IMG/VR virus record: IMGVR_UViG_3300022682_000042
Coordinates: 18,542 to 82,541 of that record
Length of the DNA stretch: 64,000 nucleotides
Strand: one strand, 5' to 3'
Source: a virus
A model generated the notes under the pieces. The model was not told the origin of the DNA. It saw only the letters and a list, made by a program, of their open reading frames with translations, and made no database searches. Both the position numbers and the translations under genes were made by a program. Within the stretch, counting starts at the first letter, position 1, and the number at the start of each line of letters is the position of its first letter. Positions 28,254 through 38,572 of this stretch are shown piece by piece.

Positions 28254-29067
28254 ATTTATTGCCGAAGTCGGCTCTAATCACAATCATGACCTGGACCGGG
28301 CGGAAGCAATTATAGGACAGTCAGCCCAGGCCGGGTTTAATGCCGTTAAGTTCCAGTTCCAACAGATTGACAAAATGTTCCGGCCCGAAGTTTTTGCAAA
28401 GCGACCCGACCTCAGAGACCGGCGACAGTATGATTTTGACCCAGCTTGGTTATTGACGTTAAGAGAGATTTGCCAGGAATACCGGGTCAAGTTTTATATT
28501 ACTTGTTACCGGGCTGAACAGATAAAACAAACTGATTATGTGGACGGCCTCAAAATATCATCTTATGACCTATTGAATCGGCCCTTACTTGAGGCTATCA
28601 GCTATATCAACATCCCGGTACTGATGTCAACCGGAATGGCCTCAATAAATGAAATTGAGGCAGCTATTGAGGCCCTCGATGGCAATGTATCTACCCTATT
28701 ACATTGTGTAAGCCAATATCCGGCCCGAATCGAACAGGCCGATTTGTGGCGGATAGCAGATTTATCGGCCTTTGGTTTACCGGTGGGTTACTCTGACCAC
28801 ACGGCCAACTTTGGGGTGGTTCAGAGGGCAATTCACAAGTGGGGGGCCTCAGTGGTCGAGCTTCACGTTGACCTTGATGACCGGCAAGGGGTTGAAACTG
28901 CCGGGGGCCACTGTTGGACTATGACATCGGCAGCGATGTTGATAGGCAGTATCAGGGACGGGGAACAGGCTGACGGGAGCGAGGGCCTTACCAGGACTGA
29001 CTTATCAGAACGAGACTGGCGGGCCGATACGGACGGATTAAGGCCACTCAAGGGGGTACAGGTATGA
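28243..29067 (+). CDS. NeuB/PseI/SpsE-family nonulosonate synthase (no C-terminal SAF domain)
   Basis: FIAEVGSNHN, AVKFQ, LMSTGMA, LLHCVSQYP, GYSDHT and VELH motifs. Confidence 0.9.
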   Translation: MPVEFIAEVGSNHNHDLDRAEAIIGQSAQAGFNAVKFQFQQIDKMFRPEVFAKRPDLRDRRQYDFDPAWLLTLREICQEYRVKFYITCYRAEQIKQTDYVDGLKISSYDLLNRPLLEAISYINIPVLMSTGMASINEIEAAIEALDGNVSTLLHCVSQYPARIEQADLWRIADLSAFGLPVGYSDHTANFGVVQRAIHKWGASVVELHVDLDDRQGVETAGGHCWTMTSAAMLIGSIRDGEQADGSEGLTRTDLSERDWRADTDGLRPLKGVQV

Positions 29068-30305
29068 CCTTACCGGCAGCAGCTACATTTAGCAAAGACG
29101 GCCTGGCCTGGGGTTTGCCTCACTTAACCCCGGTCAAAAAGGTTGACGGCCCATCGGTTTTATGTGCTGATGACCGATGGAGAATAGACTGGACAAGTAG
29201 CCTGGGCCAGTGGTTATTCGGCCAAACTCAGGCTTTCAGAAATCATCTCCATTGGGCCTTAGATGAGTATGGGGGCCTATCGGCTACCCTGGCCCACGAA
29301 CTGGAATACCGGGTAGCTGACCGGCTATCCTCGATGTTGGGGGCCAATGTGCCGGGATGGGAAGGCCGGGATATCGGGGTCAGGTTCCTCAAGTCTGGTT
29401 CCGATGCGACTCTGGCTGCTATCAGACTGGCCAGGGCGGTCACAGGCCGGGACACTATAGTAACCCTCAAAGGCCACTACCACGGGTGGGGGGATCAATT
29501 TATAGCCCGGACCGACCCGGCCCTGGGTATCCCCGATGTGGTCAAATACAAGGTAGTTGAGGCCGAATGGGGCAATGAGCTATCGGTCAACCATCTTCCC
29601 AATTATTTGCCGGCCGCCGTGATATTTGAGCATCCCCCGGAACAACCCCCGGACGGTTGGCCCGAATGGTTACGGGCCTGGTGTGACCGGAATGGAGCTT
29701 TACTTATTGCTGATGAAGTTGTAACCGGCCTCAGATATGGCCTGGGTGGGGCCTGTGGCCTGTGGGGGTATCAACCGGACTTGGTTTGTATGGGTAAGGC
29801 CTTGGGTAATGGGGCGGCAGTATCGGCCCTGGTAGGGCCAATGGAGACCGGTCTGTACGGAGAGGTTAAGCCATTGATGGGCCGATTTGGTGACAATTGT
29901 CCCCCATTTGTCAGTACCACGACCGGGGGGAATATCTTGGATTTGGCTGCGGTCGATTGGGTATTAACCAACTGGAACCAGGATAAAGTAGATGAGTTAT
30001 GGCGAAATGGGGTCAGTATTCTTGAGGTAATAAAGTGGGCCGGCCTGGATGTTTACGGCCACGCTCCCCGGTCTGTTATCCGGTGGGAGTCTGAGATAGA
30101 ACGGGGCTATTTTATTAAGGCAATGGCCGACCGGGGTCATCTAATTAACCGGCCTCAGTTCCCTAACCTGGCTCAGACGGTCGAGGACCGGGAAAGTCTG
30201 GGTAATGCCTTACAGGAAGTTATGGCCGAAATGGAGGGGATGGACCAGGCCGAGATGTACCGGAAGGCCGGGCCATTGCCGAGAGTGTTGTTTAGTAATA
30301 GATAG
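29064..30305 (+). CDS. Class III PLP aminotransferase
   Basis: VRFLKSGSDA, YHGWGD, LIADEVVTGLR and PDLVCMGKALGNG motifs. Confidence 0.85.
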   Translation: MTLPAAATFSKDGLAWGLPHLTPVKKVDGPSVLCADDRWRIDWTSSLGQWLFGQTQAFRNHLHWALDEYGGLSATLAHELEYRVADRLSSMLGANVPGWEGRDIGVRFLKSGSDATLAAIRLARAVTGRDTIVTLKGHYHGWGDQFIARTDPALGIPDVVKYKVVEAEWGNELSVNHLPNYLPAAVIFEHPPEQPPDGWPEWLRAWCDRNGALLIADEVVTGLRYGLGGACGLWGYQPDLVCMGKALGNGAAVSALVGPMETGLYGEVKPLMGRFGDNCPPFVSTTTGGNILDLAAVDWVLTNWNQDKVDELWRNGVSILEVIKWAGLDVYGHAPRSVIRWESEIERGYFIKAMADRGHLINRPQFPNLAQTVEDRESLGNALQEVMAEMEGMDQAEMYRKAGPLPRVLFSNR

Positions 30306-30320
30306 AAAGGTTTTGGTTGT

Positions 30321-30470
30321 ATGAATAATAATAATTTTGATAAAGACTTCAATCGTATGCGAATAGCTATTTTTATTGTCTGGATTATTTCCATGGTGGT
30401 TGGCCTGAGTTTATTTGGATTCCTTGTTTGGGTTGTAATTATGTTGTTGCGCTTTTTCGGTGTGATATGA
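30321..30470 (+). CDS. Small membrane protein (49 aa, below the ORF-track cut-off)
   Basis: MNNNNFDKDFNRMRIAIFIVWIISMVVGLSLFGFLVWVVIMLLRFFGVI; ATGA overlap with the next gene. Confidence 0.5.
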   Translation: MNNNNFDKDFNRMRIAIFIVWIISMVVGLSLFGFLVWVVIMLLRFFGVI

Positions 30471-31303
30471 ATATTCTCATTGTCGGCTACGGCCGGGCCG
30501 GTAAACGCCACGCCAAGATTGTAGAAAAACTAGGACATTTTTGGTTAGCTGTTGACCCGTCTATACAGGCTACAAAGGTTTTTAATACTCTTGATAGCGC
30601 CTTAGCCTATAAGTTAATTGATGAAAAATATGGCTCGTTTGATCTGGCCGTGATATGCACCCCCCCCGGCCTTCACATTTCCCAGGCCCAAACCTGTCTT
30701 GACGCCGGCCTCCACGTTTTGATAGAAAAACCCTTGTGTGGGCGGGGCCAACTGGATAAGGCCGAAAAGTTGCTATATCACCCCCGGCAAGACCGGGTGA
30801 TGATGGCCCTAAATTACAGGTGGCATCCGGCCATCAAAGGATTGAGACAAACCAGGGGGATAGACTGGAATGAAGATTGGGCCGGACAATGGCAGGCCCA
30901 TAGCGAACAACACCGGCAGACTATACCGGAATGGGGAATATTGCTTGACCACGCAGCCCATACCATTGACATTATCCGGCATCTGTCCGGGTATGAACTA
31001 CAACCCTCTTTTACCAGTCAGGACAATGACCGGCGGTTCGGAATATCTGGCCGGTTGTCTCACCCATCGGCCACATTCCTGATGTCAGATTGGGCCGACA
31101 GACCGGGGCAGAAGGTGGCCTACATCAAGGGGCCGTTTGGCCGAGTCGATATCCCGACCTTACCCTGGGAACTTGACCAGATGTTCGGGGGGATGTGGGG
31201 GGATGTGTTGGCCTGGGTCCGGGGAGAGATAGATAACCCTTGTCCGTTGGCTGATGGGTATTTGGCTCAGGTGGTGCTGGAAAGGGCAAGGAAATTATTA
31301 TGA
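30467..31303 (+). CDS. Gfo/Idh/MocA oxidoreductase
   Basis: IVGYGRAGKRH, ICTPPGLH, VLIEKP and DHAAHTID motifs. Confidence 0.85.
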   Translation: MNILIVGYGRAGKRHAKIVEKLGHFWLAVDPSIQATKVFNTLDSALAYKLIDEKYGSFDLAVICTPPGLHISQAQTCLDAGLHVLIEKPLCGRGQLDKAEKLLYHPRQDRVMMALNYRWHPAIKGLRQTRGIDWNEDWAGQWQAHSEQHRQTIPEWGILLDHAAHTIDIIRHLSGYELQPSFTSQDNDRRFGISGRLSHPSATFLMSDWADRPGQKVAYIKGPFGRVDIPTLPWELDQMFGGMWGDVLAWVRGEIDNPCPLADGYLAQVVLERARKLL

Positions 31304-32130
31304 CCCACTACGGCCCTCCCATAGCCAAAAAAGGCAAGTTAATAGTCATCAACTGTCGAGAGTGCAAATATGCCCATCTTTACCCTTTACCGGACCCAAT
31401 AGCCACAGCCCGGCATTATGCCGAGTATGACGCCGAATATTCTACCCCGGATGGGGCGGCCTGGCTAGACAAAGAAAAGGCCGAACACGAGGACGGTCTG
31501 TGGAACTCGGCCTACAGGTGGCAGGCGTCTCTACTCAATGAGGGGGCCTTGCTTGACGTGGGGGCCGGGGCCGGTTGGTTTGTTAGATGGTGGGATAAGA
31601 ATGTTTGTCCGGCGGCCTACGGGGTAGAGCCTTCCAAAATTTGCCGGGATATTGGCCCTTCAATGCTGTCAACATTCGAGCAGGCTCAAAATGTTTTGGC
31701 CGATGTTCCTCTGGCTAATATACGCCTATCCCTGGTCCTGGAACACATTTTAGACCCGGAAACATTGCTCAGGCAGTATGTAGAGTTATTGAGGCCCGGA
31801 GGCCGGGTTATGGTCATAGTCCCCAATGAGTTCAACCCGTTACAAATGAGGGCAGCCCGGAAACGGGGAGACTGGTTTGTTAGCCGGAAACATATCAACT
31901 ATTTTACCGGCCCCACTCTGGCTAAACTGTTCAACCGAGTTGGCCTGAGAGTCCGTTATCTTGGGGCGACCTGTCCGACAGAGTTTTGGCCTGTCCGGAG
32001 GGGGTCTCAGTTTCATCGGGGGCGGTTACGGTTTGAGAAGTTGGTGGGGCCGGTGGCTTTCAGGTGGTATACAAGACTATACCACTCAAGGGGATGGGGC
32101 CGGGAAATTGTGATAGTCGGGGAAAAATGA
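31300..32130 (+). CDS. Class I SAM methyltransferase
   Basis: CREC, LLDVGAGAG, VLEHILDP, VPN and HINYFT motifs. Confidence 0.85.
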   Translation: MTHYGPPIAKKGKLIVINCRECKYAHLYPLPDPIATARHYAEYDAEYSTPDGAAWLDKEKAEHEDGLWNSAYRWQASLLNEGALLDVGAGAGWFVRWWDKNVCPAAYGVEPSKICRDIGPSMLSTFEQAQNVLADVPLANIRLSLVLEHILDPETLLRQYVELLRPGGRVMVIVPNEFNPLQMRAARKRGDWFVSRKHINYFTGPTLAKLFNRVGLRVRYLGATCPTEFWPVRRGSQFHRGRLRFEKLVGPVAFRWYTRLYHSRGWGREIVIVGEK

Positions 32131-32777
32131 TATCTACTTTTAAACAATATATTCAACGTGAATTTAATCTTGTGGCAAAGAATTCCCCTGAATTTATTCC
32201 TGTGTATATTGATTATCTTGAAAAGATGAAAGCGGGATTTTTCAAAAATCTTTCTGTTTTCGGGCAACATTTCCGGGGTTTTGACTTGGTAGATGCAATG
32301 ATTTTTTCTAGATTACATACAAGAATGTGTAATGGGGAAATTCTCTCGGCTGAAATAGAAGTAGGCCATGAACCTGTTGCAGATAGATATGAAAAGGAAA
32401 ATAACGAATTTTTGAAATCATTACCATATCCATTTTCGGCAAAGTTTTTGAATGGCCCTGGTGGTTATTGTGATGGATGGTTTTATTGGGAAAAACCTGT
32501 ATTTGTAGGTGTGAAAAAGCCCGATGATGACAAGATAATAGAAGAACAGTTGATGCCTAGATATTGTCAATTGGAGGTTGGTTACACACAATTAAGCCGA
32601 ACTTTTTTCCATCTTTTCGAGGAGGGTTGTTTAGCCAGATGGCCGTACCATAGCAATATTATTACTTTACTTTATCACAATACACAAACAGAAAAAAAAG
32701 AAAAATTGAGATATATGCCAGATGATAAATTTATGCAGTTAAGTTTTCGTCAACCTTTATTTTTCAATCTAGAATAA
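32127..32777 (+). CDS. AT-rich hypothetical protein (inserted)
   Basis: 216 aa; composition shift; QLEVGY motif. Confidence 0.55.
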   Translation: MISTFKQYIQREFNLVAKNSPEFIPVYIDYLEKMKAGFFKNLSVFGQHFRGFDLVDAMIFSRLHTRMCNGEILSAEIEVGHEPVADRYEKENNEFLKSLPYPFSAKFLNGPGGYCDGWFYWEKPVFVGVKKPDDDKIIEEQLMPRYCQLEVGYTQLSRTFFHLFEEGCLARWPYHSNIITLLYHNTQTEKKEKLRYMPDDKFMQLSFRQPLFFNLE

Positions 32778-32778
32778 T

Positions 32779-33201
32779 ATGAGATACTGGAAACTGACCG
32801 ACCCCGCCTACACCTGGCCTACCCGCCTATCCCTGGCTTTAGGCCAATGGGAAAGCCCGATGGAGGCCCTGTTCTGGCAGGAGGCCCGGAAGTGGGAGAT
32901 ATTCCCTGTCAGGCGGCGATTGCCCGGTTTAAGGCGGCAAGTTCTTTGTGGTGAGTACCGGCTTGACTTTGCTATAGTCCGGTGGCGATTTGGTAAACCG
33001 GCCATAAAGTTAGCTATCGAAATCGATGGCTGGCTCTATCATTCTACTCCTGAACAAAAGGCCAGAGACCGGCAACGACAGACTTATTGTGAGGCCAGAG
33101 GATGGCAGTTTATCAGATTTACCGGGTCAGAGGTTTATAGAGACACAACGGGGTGTATTAATGAAGTCCAGAATCAACTTCGTATTTTTGGCCTACGGTA
33201 A
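32779..33201 (+). CDS. DUF559/Vsr-like endonuclease-domain protein
   Basis: ESPME, YRLDF, IEIDGWLYH and RD.....GWQFIRFTGSEV motifs. Confidence 0.8.
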   Translation: MRYWKLTDPAYTWPTRLSLALGQWESPMEALFWQEARKWEIFPVRRRLPGLRRQVLCGEYRLDFAIVRWRFGKPAIKLAIEIDGWLYHSTPEQKARDRQRQTYCEARGWQFIRFTGSEVYRDTTGCINEVQNQLRIFGLR

Positions 33202-34042
33202 TGAACAGGTTGGCCTGGGCCATTACTACCGGACCATGGCCCTGGCTCAAGAGGCCAGTTGCCGGGGCCACCGGGTAACGTTTCTATCAGACAGGCCAAC
33301 CCATCAACCTGGGGTCAGGTGGGAACAGGTAGTCTATAATGATCCGGCCTCATTCCTGGGGTGGATAAGACCATTACGGCCCGATTGGGTAATCGTTGAT
33401 TTGCCGGAAAAGGCCCCGGATTGGGTCAGAGGCAATTGTAAATTGATGCTGCTTGACCCGGTCAATCCCTGGGAACAGGATTGTGATTTAGCTATCTCTC
33501 AGGGGTTCCGGGGCCACTATACAGCCCCGGAATATCTCATTTTGGCCCCGGAACTAAGGGCCATTCACCGGCCAACAGAACGGGACCGGTGTTGGTTTGT
33601 CTGGGGTGGGGCCTCTGATAATTTGGGCCTGTTGGAGCTATTTGCCCGGAATGTCCCTCAAACAGCCTTGCTTGCTTCGGCCAATGGGGTAACGCCAGAA
33701 GTCCAGTCCTGGAACCCTAAGCACTGGCAGGGGCGGGCCACAAACCGGTCAGAGTTTTTCCGGTGGATGGCTGAATGTGACCGGGCTGTTATCCAGATGG
33801 GTCATACAGCCTGGGAATGTCTCTATTTTGGTTTGCCTTTATGGTTGATTGCCCATTCTGATCGGGGCTATAAAACGGCCCTACAGATGGAAAAGCGAGG
33901 GTGGGCCAAAGTCTGGCCTCAAGTTGGCTCACCTCCGGGCCGGTCAATTAGACGATGGCTGGCTGAGAAATGGAGGCCGGAACCCTGCCCGATAGACGGT
34001 AAGGGGACTGAACGAATTATCAAGCTAATGGAGGCCGGGTGA
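33161..34042 (+). CDS. PseG/SpsG-like nucleotide-sugar hydrolase (GT-B fold)
   Basis: VGLGHYYRTMALA, WGGASD, GHTAWE and IDGKGTERI motifs. Confidence 0.8.
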   Translation: MKSRINFVFLAYGNEQVGLGHYYRTMALAQEASCRGHRVTFLSDRPTHQPGVRWEQVVYNDPASFLGWIRPLRPDWVIVDLPEKAPDWVRGNCKLMLLDPVNPWEQDCDLAISQGFRGHYTAPEYLILAPELRAIHRPTERDRCWFVWGGASDNLGLLELFARNVPQTALLASANGVTPEVQSWNPKHWQGRATNRSEFFRWMAECDRAVIQMGHTAWECLYFGLPLWLIAHSDRGYKTALQMEKRGWAKVWPQVGSPPGRSIRRWLAEKWRPEPCPIDGKGTERIIKLMEAG

Positions 34043-34317
34043 GACGGGATAACCGAGCTATCATATCGGCCAGTCGGACCGGGGTGGCCGGGGATGAACT
34101 ACCGGAAAAACGGGCCAGAATATACCTTTACAAACGGGGTGAACCGATACCGGGGCGGGACCCCTGGCAGCATTATTGTGAGGAATGTCCATTTGATGAC
34201 TGTATTAGAACAGAGGGAGATATGTCACCATTAGGAATGTGGGGGCGAGAATACCCTGGCTGTCCGATTTATGATGAGGCATTGAGGCAAAAAGGGGAAG
34301 AGGAGAGGGCGGCCTGA
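34039..34317 (+). CDS. Small Cys-containing hypothetical protein
   Basis: CEECPFDDCI; GGAGG RBS. Confidence 0.5.
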   Translation: MRRDNRAIISASRTGVAGDELPEKRARIYLYKRGEPIPGRDPWQHYCEECPFDDCIRTEGDMSPLGMWGREYPGCPIYDEALRQKGEEERAA

Positions 34318-34430
34318 TGCAATTGACAATAACTTGGCCTTTAGTTTTAGTGGTCTTCATTTGATAAGAATACCATATACATGCAAAGATATCGCAATGA
34401 CTTTAGTTAGTGAAATAAATAGGATATTGG

Positions 34431-35258
34431 GTGAAAAATACGAGAATTGCTTTTGTAGTTAGTTCTGGAAGATCAGGGACAGCCCTCCTCGGCCAAAAGT
34501 TGCTACCGGCCCTCAATACCGATGGCCTGCAAGTTGAGGCCACTCACGAGTATCATTGTACTCAAGTTCAGGAGTGGGCCGTCCGGTATCACTCCGGGGT
34601 AATGAGTCGGCAAGAGGTTCAACCCTTGTTATGGCGGCTATATGAGTCGGCCCGGTATCATTCTGAGGCTCCCTTATTCGTTGACGTGTCAAATAAGTTA
34701 TCCTGGCACATTACGGCCCTAACTGAACTATGGCCTGATGCTAAGTTCGTCCATATTATCCGGGGCGGGCCACAAACCTGTCTCAGTTTCTATCACAAGC
34801 TCAAGGCCGAGTGCTATACTGACCGGGGGGTCAAGGCCCTACATCACTGGCTGGCCCGGTCAAGTGGGGTTATCCCCCCTCAAGAAAAAGAGTGGTGGTG
34901 GCCGATGCCTCACCTTGACAGCCCGTTTCTTGGTGACTTCATTTGGTCCTGGGGCCGGTGGCAACGAATTTGTTGGTATTGGGCCGAAGTCAACCGGGTT
35001 ATCGGTAAAAGCCTGGAAAACTATGTGAGGCCCAAAAACAGGATGACAGTCAGGCTTGAGGATTTGGTGGGGGATAGTGGAGCCACCTGGCTTGAGTTGG
35101 TAACCTTCCTGGGCCTCAATTGGGTTGATGTTGATAGCCTGTTAGCCCGGCCTCATAATGTGGGGTGGTTGGCCGAATATGAGATGACCGATAGCCAAGA
35201 GGGACAGTTCTGGAAGTTGTGTGGGAAAGTACAGGAGAAGTATTATAGCGGGGTTTAG
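34431..35258 (+). CDS. Sulfotransferase
   Basis: SSGRSGT PAPS-binding loop, PDAKFVHIIR and RLEDL motifs. Confidence 0.8.
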   Translation: MKNTRIAFVVSSGRSGTALLGQKLLPALNTDGLQVEATHEYHCTQVQEWAVRYHSGVMSRQEVQPLLWRLYESARYHSEAPLFVDVSNKLSWHITALTELWPDAKFVHIIRGGPQTCLSFYHKLKAECYTDRGVKALHHWLARSSGVIPPQEKEWWWPMPHLDSPFLGDFIWSWGRWQRICWYWAEVNRVIGKSLENYVRPKNRMTVRLEDLVGDSGATWLELVTFLGLNWVDVDSLLARPHNVGWLAEYEMTDSQEGQFWKLCGKVQEKYYSGV

Positions 35259-35318
35259 CCGGCCTCGGCCATTCTATCAATCGTAATTAGTAGCGAAATG
35301 AAAGGAGGGAAGCCCCCA

Positions 35319-35486
35319 ATGGCCAGGAAATTTGGGGAAAAACCTAGTGGATATGTCAATGTGTCTGAGGCCGAGGCCGGCAGCCAAAAATTCGATTGGT
35401 GGCCCTGGGTGGCCGGGGCAATTATTATTCTATCCTGGTTATTGGCCGGCTATATGGCTGTCCAGTTGGTTAGGGGGGCGATATGA
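35319..35486 (+). CDS. Small membrane protein
   Basis: One transmembrane helix; AGGAGG RBS. Confidence 0.45.
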   Translation: MARKFGEKPSGYVNVSEAEAGSQKFDWWPWVAGAIIILSWLLAGYMAVQLVRGAI

Positions 35487-35971
35487 AAAAACATTTTAGA
35501 TATTTCTGGTATGTTCTGAGACATAAGTGGTTTGTTCTTCAGGAGGGATTAAAACTTGGTTTGCCGTTATGGGTGCTTATTATTCATGATTGGCAAAAGT
35601 TTACACCGACAGAATGGCGACCATACGTATTATCATTTTATGGTCCGTGGTCTTATAAAGAACGTCCAAAATGGCTAGTTGATAATTTCAACCAAGCTTG
35701 GTTACACCATATCCATTATGGTCCACATCATTGGCAGTATTGGCTATTGGTGTATGATGATGACAAAGAGGATGTTGAACGAATTGAAATGTCAGACAGG
35801 TATCGTCGGGAAATGCTGGCAGATTGGCGTGGCGCGGGCCGTGCAATTACGGGTAAAGATAATACGAGGGATTGGTATATACAACGGCATGACCGTTTCA
35901 AAAAAATGTTACATCCGAATACTAGACAATGGATTGAATTAAAATTAGGTATTATGGGTGATATTGAATGA
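35483..35971 (+). CDS. HD-like phage protein (DUF5662-like)
   Basis: RHKWFV, IHDWQKF, WLHH...HHWQYW and EMLADW motifs. Confidence 0.65.
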   Translation: MKKHFRYFWYVLRHKWFVLQEGLKLGLPLWVLIIHDWQKFTPTEWRPYVLSFYGPWSYKERPKWLVDNFNQAWLHHIHYGPHHWQYWLLVYDDDKEDVERIEMSDRYRREMLADWRGAGRAITGKDNTRDWYIQRHDRFKKMLHPNTRQWIELKLGIMGDIE

Positions 35972-37065
35972 GGTGTCTACTATGTAACGCTGACAAACCG
36001 GAACTGTCTCCGGCCTACAGGCCCGAAGGAACCCTACGAGATGTAACAGTCTGGCTTTGTAAACGGTGCGGGTTCCTGTTTAGCCAGGGCCAACCCCACG
36101 GTGATAGTCAACCCCGACCTACCCCCGATGCCTCATTCGGCAATTTGAGGCAGGGTAAGGCGGACCGGGTAGAACCCCATTTGGAATTTTTGTTAGATTA
36201 TCACCCGGCCTTTACCCCGGCCAATATTCTTGATGTCGGGGCCAACCGGGGCCATTTTGTAAGGGCGGCCCTGGACCAATGGCCTGGATGTACGATAGTC
36301 GGAATAGAGCCAGACGACAGTTTGGGCCGGGTGGTCGATGACCGGGTGGCCTGGTTGACAGGTAGACTTGAGGACTTTGAAGGGCCTAAACAAGCCTATG
36401 ACCTTATTTATCTATCTCATACCCTGGAACATTTAGCCAATCCAAGGCAAGCCCTAAAACGATTGGCCGATTGGACTTATCCAACCCTTGGCCTTCTGCT
36501 GGTTGAAGTTCCTAATATGGCCTTTATCCAACGGGAGGATGTTCTGGAAGAGTGGTTTATTGATAAGCATGTTTCCCATTTCTCAGACCGGACTTTGAAA
36601 GCAATACTTGAGTTTGCCGGTTGGCGGGTAATGACCCTAGAAAAGTCAGACCATTATTTAACCGCTGTAGCTTCCCGTAGTATTCCCCTGGCTATTAGGA
36701 CCTACAACGAACCGGCCATAGCCCTGGGTCGGCTCAAGTGGTATCAGGAGACCAGGGAGCGAAACCAGATGGCCTTAGTTGGTTACGTAGAAGCCTGGAA
36801 CAAGGTAGCCCAGAACAACCGGGTAGCTGTCTGGGGAGAAGGCCGGATATTTCAGGCAATGAGAAGAACTGGCCTTGATATGGGCCGGGTAGTGGTCGTT
36901 GACCGGAATGGCCCTAGCAGGCCGGCAGACTTGTTACCGGCTTACGGGCCTGATTATATCTTGGTCTGTAGCCGGGAATATTTTGAGGAAATTGAGACTG
37001 AGGCCGAACAGTTGGGGTTGATGGCTGATGTGAGACGGTGGGACAGGCCACCGGGGAGAGAATAA
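35968..37065 (+). CDS. Class I SAM methyltransferase with a C-terminal Rossmann-like domain (sugar C-methyltransferase-like)
   Basis: CLLC..CKRCG, ILDVGANRG, SHTLEH, EVPN, HVSHFS and VAVWGEG motifs. Confidence 0.8.
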   Translation: MRCLLCNADKPELSPAYRPEGTLRDVTVWLCKRCGFLFSQGQPHGDSQPRPTPDASFGNLRQGKADRVEPHLEFLLDYHPAFTPANILDVGANRGHFVRAALDQWPGCTIVGIEPDDSLGRVVDDRVAWLTGRLEDFEGPKQAYDLIYLSHTLEHLANPRQALKRLADWTYPTLGLLLVEVPNMAFIQREDVLEEWFIDKHVSHFSDRTLKAILEFAGWRVMTLEKSDHYLTAVASRSIPLAIRTYNEPAIALGRLKWYQETRERNQMALVGYVEAWNKVAQNNRVAVWGEGRIFQAMRRTGLDMGRVVVVDRNGPSRPADLLPAYGPDYILVCSREYFEEIETEAEQLGLMADVRRWDRPPGRE

Positions 37066-37066
37066 T

Positions 37067-37930
37067 TTGAGAACCAACGATGATTTGAAACGGCTGGCCC
37101 GTGAGGTTCGGAAACGGGCTATCCGGTATATTCACGCAAGTTCCGGTGCTCATCCGGGTGGGTCGCTATCAGTGGCCGATATCTTGACGGCCCTATATTT
37201 CAAGGTGGCCGAACCTCAACCCGTATATCAACCCGACCACCCAAACCGGGATATTATAATTCTCAGTAAAGGCCATTCATTTCCTGCATTAATGGCAACC
37301 TGGGAACTACTTATCGAGGAAAGCCATAACTACCTTGACTCAGACTTTATCAGCTTACCCCCCTGGTGGGACGGGGGACCTATCACTCTCAGGCAAATCA
37401 ACTCACCATTCCAGGGTCATCCATCCTTAACCCATACCCCCTGGTGTGAGACCAGTACCGGCTCGCTCGGCCAAGGCTTTGCTGTAGCCGTGGGAATGGC
37501 CTACGGCCTCAAGCAGAAGGGCCAGGATAGGCGAGTTTACGTTGTCTTGGGGGATGGGGAATTACAAGAGGGGATAGTAGCCGAGGTAGCCAGGGCTGCG
37601 GCCTGGTTGGGCCTTGATAACCTGACTGCTATTGTTGATTTTAACGGGTTGGCCTCAGACAGGTATAGTCGGACGATAGATGACCCCGTTAAGGAGTTTA
37701 GGGCCTGGGGGTGGCATAGTTTTGATTGTAACGGTCATCGTTTTGGGGCTTTATATGATAGCTTGGTAAATGGCCCAAAGCGAGGAAATGGCAAACCCAC
37801 TTGTATCATAGCTCATACAATTAAAGGTAAGGGAGTTCCAGCTTTCGAGAATGATCCAGACGGTTGTCACGGGGCGGTCACCTTGTCTGATGAGGATTTA
37901 CAGATGACATTGGAGGCTTTAGATGGTTAA
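37067..37930 (+). CDS. Transketolase, N-terminal (TPP-binding) subunit
   Basis: HPGGSLS, LSKGH, TGSLGQG, GDGELQEG and HTIKGKG motifs. Confidence 0.9.
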   Translation: MRTNDDLKRLAREVRKRAIRYIHASSGAHPGGSLSVADILTALYFKVAEPQPVYQPDHPNRDIIILSKGHSFPALMATWELLIEESHNYLDSDFISLPPWWDGGPITLRQINSPFQGHPSLTHTPWCETSTGSLGQGFAVAVGMAYGLKQKGQDRRVYVVLGDGELQEGIVAEVARAAAWLGLDNLTAIVDFNGLASDRYSRTIDDPVKEFRAWGWHSFDCNGHRFGALYDSLVNGPKRGNGKPTCIIAHTIKGKGVPAFENDPDGCHGAVTLSDEDLQMTLEALDG

Positions 37931-38117
37931 GACAGTATTTGTTAGTGTAAAATTTGAAGTTAACTGGTTTGATATTGATTTTGGGAATAATTGGCCTGAC
38001 AATGAGTCTCTTAAAAATTCCTCGGTTGATACTGTAATAGCAAATTATTTAACTAAAGATGGTACAAATCAGGCCCCAGAGATATTAGTTAAGTTAATGG
38101 AGGAACTGGATGACTGA
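37923..38117 (+). CDS. Small hypothetical protein
   Basis: 64 aa with a GGAGG RBS; AT-rich. Confidence 0.45.
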   Translation: MVKTVFVSVKFEVNWFDIDFGNNWPDNESLKNSSVDTVIANYLTKDGTNQAPEILVKLMEELDD

Positions 38118-38349
38118 ACTAATAATGGTCCCGGTCAACTCGACTAACCTGTTGGCCGTGGGATATGAGTCAGAGACCTTAACCCTTTACGTCCAGTTTA
38201 AGAATGGTCGGACTTACAAATACCACCGGGTTCCCGAACAGGTTTATCTTGACATATTGGCCTTCAATCAGTCACCAAACCTGAGTATAGGCCAGTATTT
38301 TGAGAAGGCTGTCAAGGGGGGTCAGTACAAATATACGGAGGTGACATAG
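38110..38349 (+). CDS. KTSC-domain protein
   Basis: VNSTNLLAVGY..LYVQFKNGRTYKY.RVP..SIGQYF. Confidence 0.8.
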   Translation: MTELIMVPVNSTNLLAVGYESETLTLYVQFKNGRTYKYHRVPEQVYLDILAFNQSPNLSIGQYFEKAVKGGQYKYTEVT

Positions 38350-38571
38350 ATGGCAATGGCTACAATGGCTAACCGGAGAAAAGATAGTAAGCCCAGAGTT
38401 TTATGGGTAGGAAAAGATGGGGAACAGGCTATACCAATAGCTACTCCATCTGGCAAATTCATTGAAATAAATTGGAGGATATTAAGACGGTGGCTTATTA
38501 TAACTCTGGTTGTCATTGGTATTTTTTCTTGTGGGTTTGTATCCGGGGCTACCTGGATGTGGGGAGGATAA
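38350..38571 (+). CDS. Small membrane protein
   Basis: C-terminal transmembrane helix; GGAGG RBS. Confidence 0.45.
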   Translation: MAMATMANRRKDSKPRVLWVGKDGEQAIPIATPSGKFIEINWRILRRWLIITLVVIGIFSCGFVSGATWMWGG

Positions 38572-38572
38572 G